Assembly: GCA_977016875.1 (NCBI GenBank)
Contig: CDRNST010000056.1
Location: forward strand, 62,001-126,000
Direction of reading: 5' to 3'
From: Pavona decussata
Taxonomy: Eukaryota
DNA: 64,000 nt
Program-made: the position numbers and the translations under genes
Part shown: piece after piece, positions 1-10,749 of the stretch
How positions within the stretch are numbered: the stretch's first letter is position 1
How the letters are laid out: each line of letters opens with the position of its first letter
The notes under the pieces: generated by a model
Database searches by the model: none
The model's input: the letters and a program-made list of their open reading frames with translations, nothing else
What the model was told of the DNA's origin: nothing

Positions 1-545
1 TTTTGAGGTAGTATAATTTATGTAGACAAAAGTGTAAAGCAAAATAGACTTAGACACAGGTTTATTGAATACATTGGAACAGTATGGGCGCGAAAAAAAA
101 AGAAAACCCGACATGACGAAAAGGTGGAACAGGAGAAACTCTCAAATAAAAGAAACCTAGTGCATAATACATAAAGTAAAAAAAAAAATACAAGAACCAT
201 ATTGCATTTTACCAAACACAGGTTTATTGAATACATCGTATTGTTGCGAATACAACAATGCTCATCCTCGGGGCATTTTGTGTTCTTTGATGTTGAAGTT
301 TTAAAAACATTTCGCTATAACTAGTTAATTAACAATAAGGGTTTGTTAAAATTAAAACATTTCACTTTGGAAGTAGTATATTTTATGTAGGCAAAAGTGT
401 AAAGCAAAATAGACTTAAAATAAAAAATGAAGTAACTGGAGTAGAATTGTTACAATATGGGCGCCAAAAAAACCAAAACCCAAAAATGACGAAAAGGTGG
501 AACAGGAGAAACTCTCAAATAAAAGAAACGTAGTGCATTATACAT
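1..545. repeat. AT-rich ~203 bp satellite with interspersed ~150 bp subunit (copy A, short array)
   Basis: Unit cacaggtttattgaatacat...caatgctcatcctcggggcattttgtg...aaatagactta. The second subunit with ggtggaacaggagaaactctcaaataaaagaaac occurs twice. Confidence 0.85.
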
Positions 546-839
546 CCTATATTGCAACAAAATTAGAAGACAAAAAGAGCAAAACTATGACAACAGAAAA
601 TGACGGTCTAAGATCCTCGGGATTGGCTTCTTCTCGGAGCGTGCCCTTGAAACCGGAGTATTTCTCTGACCTCATCTTGTTCCTTCTTAAAGCAACGATA
701 TTGCAAGTGGCCTGGTCGTGAAGAACCGCAGTAATAACACCGTAGCTACTTGAGGTGTGGGCGCCTATAGGGGTGCCGCTTATAACCATCGCGCTAGTAG
801 GATAACTCTCCATCCAACCTCAACGTCTTGTCCACTACT

Positions 840-1205
840 AGGGAGTTTAAGAAACGAGGCGGCAACGATAACGAGAACGCCACAAAACAATGGGCTTAAT
901 GAGCAAAAACAATCGCTCTGCACGTGCGTTTTACATTTTGGTACATTTCTTTACCGTCCTCTGAAAAACAACAACGTGAAACGACCAAATTTTAGGTTTT
1001 CTCGAGAACGGGAGCGTATGACGCAAAATCTTCTTTATTTTTCCTTACTTTGACGTCCTTCATACTAATTTATTTCCTGGAGAGTTCGCCAGCAATTTCC
1101 AAGTTAAACAAATTTAAATGATTGCGACAGAGTTACAAAAACGAGAAGTTATATTTTTAAATGACGTTCTCATTACCGTTGCCGTCCTCGTTTCTTAAAC
1201 TCCCT
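840..1205. mobile_element. MITE (non-autonomous DNA transposon)
   Basis: TIRs agggagtttaagaaacgagg / cctcgtttcttaaactccct; no coding capacity. Confidence 0.88.
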
Positions 1206-1412
1206 ATTGTCAAGATGTCGACAACCGCTTTGTCGCCAAGGAGGGCCACCAAATATTTTTTCGATTGTTCCGACATCGTTTGTTGCATCGCCAAATAAAC
1301 TGGTGAAAAGTGTAGGAGTGTTCGTGCTTTTCAGCCGACGCGGTGGCTTTTAGGTCAATATAAGAGAGCACTCGGTGTCCACAGTTGGGCGCTACCTGTT
1401 AACCTCTAACTT

Positions 1413-1668
1413 GGGGTGCTTACCATTTACATGGAAAACCCGGAAATTCCATTTGGAAAATCAAATGGTAAGCATCATTCCATTTGGAGTACTTCTGAAA
1501 TAATGGGCTTCTGGTCAAAGTGATGCATTTTTATTACTCCTTTTGGGATTTACAGCTGATGTTCATATATTTTGCATGTTATCCATCTTCTGTTAAGACA
1601 AGCTAAATCATTTCGTTTTAATGCCGAAAATTTCCATCCGGGTGGTTTGCGTAAATGGTAAGCACCCC
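1413..1668. mobile_element. MITE with GGGGTGCTTACCATTTAC TIRs
   Basis: ggggtgcttaccatttac ... gtaaatggtaagcacccc. Confidence 0.85.
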
Positions 1669-2104
1669 AGGTTATACGTCCTCTTAGGGCTGCAATCTGG
1701 TCAAAGCTTATGGAGCCTGATAGGAGAGCGGACAGCGAGAAAAGGGATTGTGAATGTTTTCACCAGGGTTATTTAACGGAATCCAAACTTCTGGTACATT
1801 GAACAGTAACGCATCTTGTTAGCCTCCAGCTTGATTATACGTCCTCGTACAGCTGCAATCTGGTCAGAGCCTGCGTAGAGTCGAAGGAGGGCAGCCAGCA
1901 ATCAAAAATTACCCCAGAAAGAAAAGGGTCTCATATCAAGAGCGAACTCTAAAAACACCACAAACAAGACAAAATCTCGCTCTAAAATCACAATAAAAGG
2001 AAACAAAGGCAAATAGCTACGTTGAGCCTTACAAAGACGTAGCACGCTTTGACATAAAACGCATACCAGTAAAGGTCGATCTGATAGTAAAAATGCACGG
2101 TGAG

Positions 2105-2835
2105 AAAGGTTTGGAGCCAACTTGGTGAGAAAATGCTGAGCTCTGACCTAAGGCTGCAGCCAATCAAAACGTCAATGTGTTTCCATCAAGCACGAGCCCT
2201 CTGGTAGAGGTCCAAAGTGAGACTCAGAATGTTCTCAACAAGCAAAACGTTTCTGAAACGGATCCAATGCCAATCAGATTCAATGCCATCTCTATCAAAA
2301 CAAAAATGTCTGACAAGGGCCTGGAGCCAATCAGAGAAACACTGCGTTTTCAGGAAAACCAAACAACATTCTGATAGCGAGAGTCCGAAGCCAAATAAAG
2401 ACCAATTACTTTTATCAAAACCAAAAACATTCTGGAAAGGGCCGGAGGCTAATCAGAGCCCAAAAGCTTTTTCACCAAAATCAACAACACTCCGACAAGG
2501 TTCCGAAGACAACCAGAGACTCAAGACGTTCGCAACGAGCAAAACGTTCTGAAAACAATTCCAAAGCCAATCAGACTCAATGTACCTTCTCAGAAAACGA
2601 AAATACCCTGAGAAAATGGCCCGAAGCCAATCAGCCTCCATGCGTTTTGAGCAAGTTAAAATAAACCACACACACTCTGACAGATGCCCGAAGCTAATCA
2701 GAGACATAACGTGACTTCTCGACAAACGAATATACCCTAGGAAGGGCCCGAAGTCAATAAGAGACTCAATGCACCTTTTCAACCAACAAAATTTAGCCAG
2801 ACAACTAAGGGCCCAAAGCCCAATCAGAGCCAGAA
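2105..2835 (+). repeat. Degenerate ~60 bp minisatellite centred on AGCCAATCAGA
   Basis: CCAAT or variant cores near 2117, 2160, 2270, 2327, 2391, 2449, 2510, 2567, 2627, 2694, 2754 and 2820. Confidence 0.75.
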
Positions 2836-3456
2836 CACAAAACACGCTAATGAAAAACATGTCCATGCCGACTTAACTGCGCGAGTTTCTAGACAAATAG
2901 AGCACCTGGCCCCAAAGCATGAAAACACGCATGAAGAAAAACAACAACAACAAGCTAACGAAATTATAACCCCAATTAAGCACTTAAAAAACTGTAAATA
3001 AAGTCAACAAACAAAGAACAAGAACGGTCTAGGTGGTCAGGCGTGAAGTCAAACAGTTAAGTCCTTACAGGAGCCTCCTATCCTTTTAAAGATAGATTCT
3101 CAGATAACCGAAACCAGGAATCAAAAATCAAAAATTACTGTACTGGCCAAACTGACCTTTTCAGAAAGAACATTCTGCGTTTTGTGTCTGTGTTAGCTAA
3201 TCTTAATGAAATCGTCAGAAAAATAGAAAAACTGATAATATCGCAGTTCCGTGGACTGTCTTAACTGATAGTAGCTTCTTCGCGGTTATAACACCCGGAG
3301 TGGGGAACACAAGTGCAATATTGACGAGCAGTACTAGTTCTGAAGGCTTCTGGCTTTGAAATTATAGAGATTGTGGTAATTTTTTTGGGCAAGGGTGGGG
3401 GGGGGGGGGGGGGGGAAGACGGAGATACAAATGTTCTGGTGACCAAAATTCCTTTG

Positions 3457-3541
3457 CAGTGAAACCCGGTTAATGCGGACACCAAGGGGACATATCAAAG
3501 TGTCCGTATTATCCGGGTGCCCGTTGAGCGGGGTTCCATTG
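3457..3541. mobile_element. Tiny Tc1/pogo-type MITE remnant (also at 27175-27259)
   Basis: Imperfect TIRs cagtgaaacccg / cggggttccattg followed by TA. Confidence 0.55.
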
Positions 3542-6500
3542 TATATGAAAATTGTTGCGAAGAGTGCACTTTTTTAGTTACGTTGGGCTGAGATTTGGGT
3601 TCCAGTTAAGCCTAATAGGACTTTTTGTGGGGTCTAACTAATTTGCTACATTTGCACCCTCTCGTCACTAGCATGTGAAGTATGCCACTGTCGGTTCTAC
3701 CGTCGGAATTGTATCTCTAGGGTTTTAAAAAATGCCACCTGAAAGTAACTTTCATCAGTTGCACTTAAGGATGTTATCCAGAGACGTAACTCACGGCACG
3801 CATATGCCAAAACACGTTTATCATTAATGTCCAAGGAATGCGCCAACAAAGCAATATTACTCTTTCGTCCTTCTTGTCAACAACATCTGTCAAATGGTTC
3901 CTTTTTAAAGAATTAAGTACTTACAAACTGCACACGAGGATTTAAGAAGGGAAACAGACTGCCTTCAGGAAATCCGGAATTTTTCGCCTCACCCAACATG
4001 CCTGCCAAGAATCCTTTACTTGAAAGTAGGAAATAGCTACTTTGGGATGATGAGATTTACAGCGCTGATGGAGTCTGGTGTACATGAAAGAGATTCAAGT
4101 TGGAAGTAATCCAAAATTGTGGCCAAAGGAGACTAATGAAGTCAGAGAAGTTGAAAACAAATATTGGTGCGCATGCTCAGCTCTGAGTTCATGTAGTTTT
4201 CAATGCGAGCAGGTCGAGACATGTTTGCAGCACGTCACAGTGTATCGGAGTGTTACTAAGTTTGTGAGTTAAGACTTTTTTGGAAGCAAATTTCGAACGA
4301 ATATATTTCACAGTGGATTGATGCCAATGATACTGCTTTCAATATAGTGGTTACGGCAGATCGTCATGAACTGAGCCATGCTTTCATCGGGGACATTCTC
4401 TTAGCAGCCACCCTTACAAAGCATACAATTGTAGAAAATTCGTACAAAACAGTGAAATTGATGGCACCTGGAACGAGAGGCTGTATGTGAACGACATTAT
4501 TTACGAAGTTTATTTGGCACTTTGTATCAGAAGAAGACTGATGAGCCTTATTAAATTTCATTATCAGATTTGAGATATAATTTGTGTTAGGAAAGGTGCA
4601 GTCGCATTTTTAAATTTTAATACGTTTGCTTCAAAAGCCAGACAAAGTTGAAAGCTCGCGGGCGATCCCCATTTTAAAGTAAACCGATAGCAGCAAATGC
4701 GAAATCACAGGTATTGGATTCGACCCTGAGTTACTATTTTCGATACGGATACAATAGTAAAAGATATCATTGTAGGTGATGAAAGGCAGCAGTTATCGAA
4801 TTTTCTATTTTTAACCGACAGCTAAACTTATTGAGCTAAACTTACTAAGCTTCCTTTTGAAGTTGATGATAGTCATAGTCTTTCCACAAGTTTGACAGGA
4901 AAAAGACTGCAAAATCCATGTAATATAGTCCCTTTTACAACTAAAGGCGAAGCCAGCAAATTTTGGACCTGTCACAAAACTCGGATCTGAGGAGAGATTC
5001 TGAGTAAACTTTGAAATGAAAGAACTCGTTGATGGACTGTTTTAGTTGTCGGAGCGAAGAGCGACACAATGACTGATCTGTTTGTTATAAATCGCTATCT
5101 TAAATTTTTAAGCCAAATTCAGACAGCATGAGAGCAACGGAGGGCCTGTAACTGTGAATCCGGCCACAGAAAATTGCCGGATTCGGCGTTTTGAAATATC
5201 ATTCCTATCAGTTCCTCTTTCAGGTATTTGATCAACCTACCTTAAAAAAATCCAGTACTTCTGAATGCCATGGATAGGTGAAATTCTATGTACAAAATAG
5301 TGAAGTAAGCTTTCAGGAGCATTGTATTGGGAGTCAAGCTTCTATATATGGTCCTCAAATTAGTTGTTAATGGGCAAAGGGATTATATGAGTCGGTCTTA
5401 ATTTTATAGGCGAGGTATTTTTTTTAAGCCTCTCAGGATTAAATCAAATCTCACTTATTGAGACTCGAGCCCAGCATGTTTGTTCTTGGTCATAACTAAA
5501 GTCAAATGGAGGGGAAGCAGTATTTGCATATCAAGTCTGGCATCACCATGAATTTATCTGTCGTTATTTCCTTTTTTTTTTAAATTTCTCATCCCGGATC
5601 GTATGCTTTCTATTTCTTCCCCACCAAGGCAACAAAAAATCCGAAAAAGGAAAAAGATTCTCCAAGCCGTATATTGTCAAATACTTGATACTATTATAAG
5701 CAGTTTAAATTTTATCTCATCAAATAATGGATACAGTTTGTCTAAAATTTGAGCACTGTCTGAAGATAAAACTGCTGATCTAAAAATCGTATGGGAAGAC
5801 AGGAAATGAAACTCGTTACATCAACTGTGATAAATCTTCAGGCGGAAAGAGAAAAGGGACTTTATGCGAACGACTTAAAAGATGCTTTCCAAAGAAAGGT
5901 ATAAAGTATATAAATCGTCAAAAATGAGCCATTAGCCTGGAAATGAAGGGATCAATAGGTGGAATTTGTCTTTTATTCATTTTATGAAATTAAAACTGTT
6001 TGATGTTTAGTATTTGGAGACATACAGCTTGAGGAATCATTTCCCTCTTACCGAGTTCGTTCACCGTATCAGACAGCTGAAAAAGTATTAAGAGACTTCC
6101 TGTGACCATAATGGCAACCCTCATCGTTAAACTAATAATCTCCTCAAAGGAACTGGAATTAAGCAAATTAAGATAGGAACATCACACACGAAAAATAGGT
6201 CGAAAAACATTGCTTTATTTTCGTTTTTTCCCATGGTACTTTAATAGAGTAATATTATCTGGTTGAAATTTCATTGTAAATCTCGGTAAGATTTAATCCT
6301 CACTTTAAACGACTAGAGCTCAGGATTAAAGAAAAGGAACCGCAAAATCTAGAAACGTTTTCTAAAATACCGTCACTTAAAATAGGCCTTTCAAAAATGA
6401 TGACACTTGGGGAACTTGTCTACCTTGGACTCATGAATACTGAAAGAGTAATTCACGTTTGCCCAAAATTCTTGAAATTCTCCTCCATGCAGACTGCCAA

Positions 6501-7150
6501 GAGGACCCAGTGTCTCACAAGATCATCGCTGCTAGCGGCTCCCGGCACAGTTGATTGATTGAACCCGGGTCGGCATTACCGTACCTAAAGATTATCCTTT
6601 TAAATATTGTTTCTCAAGAGTCAAAAGTTAGGTCATGTTCACTTGAGTGGCGCTCAGTTTTCAACCTATGAATAAACACCGACCGGTGTGACTGTTCAAA
6701 TGAAAGTAGAGAATTGAGAAGTGTTTTCTAGTAACGCGGTTCCGTTTTTCAATTAGACGTGGATACTGTAGTCAACCTCCATAATTTTATTCCAGTGTTC
6801 TTAGACGCATGATGATGGCACGTGTATTACCTTATCGAAGCCATACCGACAAACGTTTCGCATAACTTGCATGCACAGACTGTCAACTATGCCCCACAAC
6901 TGCACACTTCTGCCTTATATTCTCCCCTGAGAGCTCTGCGTTCTCTCCGAGTATTTTATAGTACTGGTTGTCTACCTCTAATTAGATAAAACTCTCTTGT
7001 TTGCTCGGTATAATCAAAAGAGTTAAGAAACCAAGCAAACCAGCTTGGAGGGCCGCTCATATCGCAATGAAGCTTACTATGCTGTAAAGGTTGATTACTT
7101 ATGAAACACCTCTTTCCCCTGGATTTAGTTCATAACGGCACAATCCAAGC

Positions 7151-7250
7151 ACAAGGATCTTTTTTTTTCCTTTTCTTGTGCTTGTGCTTACGTCGCGTTC
7201 GTTTTCACCTAAACTTATGCTTATACTTGTGCTTGCGGCTAGTGGAGGTT
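7151..7250. mobile_element. Fragment of a (GCACAA/TTGTGC)-repeat MITE
   Basis: aagcacaagg...cttgtgcttgtgcttacgtc...cttatgcttatacttgtgcttgcggctagtgga; absent from the paralogous units. Confidence 0.45.
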
Positions 7251-7545
7251 TATTAATAAATAATTCTTGATTTAACTCGAATACAGTATACTCCACATAG
7301 TTAAAAGTGAGCTGAATCACGGACCAACCACTGACTCATTTTTCTCTAACTCAGGTGTTGAAAAACTAGAGCAAAGCTGGGACTAACTGAGGAATACATT
7401 GTAGCGGGTATTTGACATATCCCTAACCCAAGTATGTTAGTTATACTAACACCGTACTGAGCTGTCAAGATGAGCCTTGAGTCCAAGCGAAATGAAAGTA
7501 TAACGGATCACCACAGAGCGTAGAAGGAGAAAGTCCAAACTCCAT

Positions 7546-8150
7546 TATTCCTCGCGAAGCGAGGGCCGAAGGCCCGAGCGTAGCGAGGTTATTAAATTTG
7601 TCGGGCCGAGCCGGCCCGAGCGGAGCTAAGCCGCGCGAATTCGAGCGAAAAATATATTTATATATATATATATATGTTTATATCTTTGAAGGTGTCCGCA
7701 CAATGACGTCAGACTGTCTGGCGTTGTCTGGAGCAAAATTTGCATACACCGAAAAACATATGCGTGCATGATCAAATTTCAACTGCAATGTTCATCAATA
7801 TTCACTGGATACAGAACTATCTCTCCAGAATCTTTTCCCTTTCTTTTAGAAATCTTTTTTTGTGAAATAGTGCATTAAAGAAATTACACGCTTTGTGGCC
7901 GCAGTAAATAATTTTCCGTGGGAAATAAATTCATCGAACACGACAGCGCTGCACGCCCGTTGTACATTACGTCGCGACAGAAATAGATTTTCAACCGCAA
8001 ACTAGCCCGTGGAACTACGAAGACACTATGCTCATAACTGAAAAAATCTTATGCGCCTTTTAATCTCCTCGTTTGATGCTACAATACGTGTAAAGAGGGC
8101 TTTCCACCCAGCCCCAGCTTCGCGAGGTTTTGCGAGTCACGTACTTCTAG
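7546..8150 (+). mobile_element. Non-autonomous Helentron/HINE (DINE-1-like) element
   Basis: Subterminal inverted repeats cctcgcgaagc (7550-7560) / gcttcgcgagg (8117-8127), GC-rich 5' palindromes, internal (TA)n, 3' end CTAG. Inserted at T^T with no TSD relative to the paralogous empty sites (tccgttatatc 15465, tctattatatc 44078). Confidence 0.7.
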
Positions 8151-9469
8151 TATATCATGTGTATAGGTCAGATGGTCAAGTGAGTAGCTGGTTTTTTATG
8201 TACTTCGAACCGCATCGAGCACTAAATGACACAAACTAAAATAACAAGAAGCAAGATTCAGCGAAATTGTACCTTACAATAGAATGAAAAAGTGCAACAT
8301 TCACTATATCGCTGTGTTTATTCCGTGCGGTGTGCTATGCGTTCTCGAAGCGAAAAAAAATCCCTGGCCCTAAGTCGCTAATCAAAATATTTAGTTTTAC
8401 TGATGTCAACTAAAATCCCTTTTTCCAGGGTTATAGCACTAGTCTGAAAGTCTCCACTAAATCCGTTTAAATGACTAATTTCCTATAAATTTTTAAGAAA
8501 AGATAAATAAGTTGTACCGGCTCAAAGTCGTCGAAGAATTATGCCATATTTCTTTTACACCAAAAAAGGAAAAAAATCCAATAACAATTAAAATTACAGG
8601 TTTCATACAATAAACGTTTTGAAGTGTCAGGGATGGATCTTGCGGTTGAAGCCGGATGAAAATATAAGTGGAGATTGAGAGGGATATGCTTTCATTTGAT
8701 GTAGGGCTGTGGGAGAGTCAGTCTGTATTATTTTTTGTCGGGATGCTGGTTAAAAACAGCAGACTATGCACACGGACTTTCGATAATCACTTTCACGAGT
8801 ACCAGGCTAAAGTTTGGTCGGGATGAAGATTTTGGCTCCATCTTTTGATGGAGGGATATGGTAAAACCCAACTGACTTAAATGAACACTGAATTGGAAAG
8901 TAAACTGAACAATTAGCGCTATATAGGGAGGGACATATCCCATATATCCCATGTCCCCTTATTTCTAAAAATCCGTAATGCTTGTTATCCCGGATTCCCT
9001 ATTACATCACTGAATCGGAGGCTGACCTGAGAAACTCGTGGTGGTGCCTGAACTGCCACACATGCGCTGTTCCTCATCTTTTTCAGTTTGACCCGGAGAG
9101 GCTATGAAATTTAAGTCTCTTAGTTGCATGTACAGTTCAGGATTTTCAACCTCAAAGACAAGACAAATGTTTCTACCGTATAAAATTATGGCGTATATGT
9201 CCATTTAGAACTAATTTGTGGATGGCATATAAAACCATTCGAGGTCCCATTATTCCTGAAATCTTATTTCAAATATCATTTGTATTTAGAATCTCACCTG
9301 TCCATGGCGCTCAGAATTATAGGAACTTTCAAAAGACAATTTTAAAATGCAAGAATCTTACAAGTGAGTCTATGGCTGGATTCCCGACGTTTGGTGCTAT
9401 TCCGCATTTATCTTTCTTATTATCGCAATTGATTATCAACATTATTAATTAAGCTTCAAAATTCATTAA

Positions 9470-9798
9470 TAATTCATAAGCCCATTGAGCTGTCAAATGG
9501 TCGATAATACATCAGGTACAGTGACTTTATATCGATAAACCTCCTCCTTATAAGTATGCGGTGTTCAGCTAATAAAACACTCTTCATTAGTATGCGGTGT
9601 TTATCTCGTATGCTAGTTTCCAAGGTTCCCAAAAGCATAATTGTTATGAACTCTATTGACACACGCTTTTCCAGGAATGTTTTTGAAGCCGTTCAAAAAA
9701 CTCGCAGCACGTGTTTTTTCGGGTCTAAAACCACTCGGCTGCGCCTCGTGGTTTTAAACCCGATAAAACACTCCTGCTCTTTTTTTAAACATTACTTA
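9470..9798 (+). mobile_element. Interspersed repeat ending in a long hairpin (family uncertain, possibly non-autonomous Crypton-like)
   Basis: gtgttttttcgggtctaaaaccac-tcggctgcgcctc-gtggttttaaacccgataaaacac stem-loop at 9711-9771. Left boundary approximate. Confidence 0.5.
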
Positions 9799-10293
9799 AG
9801 GCTGGTTTCCGCATATGATCGCAGATTGCAGATCGCAATAAGGTCTGCGATCGTCTGCGATCATATGGAAACTACTTCTGCGATCGTCTGCGATCCTGCG
9901 ATCGTGATCGCAGACGATCGCAGAAGATAGAACCATGTTCTATCTAAAGGCTGGTTTCCAGATGATCGCGGATCGCAGATCGCAAACAATCGCAATTGAT
10001 CGCAGACGATCGCAGGAGATAGAACATGGTTCTATCTTCTGCGATCGTCTGCGATCACGATCGCAGGATCGCAGACAATCGCAGTAGTTTCCATATGATC
10101 GCAGACGATCGCAGACCTTATTGCGATTGGCGATCTGCGATCCGCGATCATATGGAAACCAGCCTTTAGATAGAACATGGTTCTATCTTCTGCGATCGTC
10201 TGCGATCACGATCGCAGGATCGCAGACGATCGCAGACCTTATTGCGATCTGCGATCTGCGATCGGCGATCCGCGATCATATGGAAACCAGCCT
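9799..10293. mobile_element. Palindromic PIF/Harbinger-type MITE with nested inner copy (9948-10165)
   Basis: TIR aggctggtttcc / ggaaaccagcct with TTA TSD confirmed by the empty site attacttaaacc at ~32213-32224; internal tgcgatc repeats. Confidence 0.92.
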
Positions 10294-10749
10294 TTAAACC
10301 TTGCTTAGACAGTCTCTAATTTGCCGATAGCGATTAATAACAGAAAGAGCTGCAGCGAATTCCGTTCAAACAAATTGAAGACAAATTACGTTTTCTGAAA
10401 CCCTTATCTGTGCTTAGTAAAAGGTCTAAAATTTGCCAGCTTAAAATTGTCCCACTGCAGGAGTTTAATCGTTTTTTGTCATTGTGAAAGATGCGGTAGA
10501 AATTTGACTATCGACACCAAACTGAACAGGCTTTATTCAGCAAATTTCTTAACTACAATATTTCTTAACTACGATATAATCAAATGAATCCGCAAGGATG
10601 AACAAACCATCTTACAGAACAACTTCTGCAATTAAGACACAACCGGAGCATTCTTCTTTTGTATCCCGCCTTGAAGTTCGTTAATGGGGATATGTCTTTT
10701 TATTGGCTTAAAATATGAAAAAAATCTTAAGTTTGTTTGGTGATACTTA

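Larger units (their letters stand above)
6260..9000 (+). repeat. Ancient non-coding tandem unit, copy 1
   Basis: Colinear blocks aatcctcac...ccgcaaaatctagaaac (6296-6355), cggttccgtttttcaatt (6737), gccataccgacaaacgttt..ataacttgcatgc (6840), aaagtccaaa (7530), gactaatt...gttgtaccggctcaaag (8473-8527). Confidence 0.8.

Noticed and set aside
6830-6885. Possible minus-strand micro-exon (ttgacag...gtaata) in the conserved island, with a CxxC-like translation
   Set aside because: The donor site and reading frame are not kept in the other copies, and the substitutions are not biased to synonymous sites.
9556-9930. 124 aa ORF
   Set aside because: It runs across two adjacent non-coding repeats, one of which is a polymorphic MITE.
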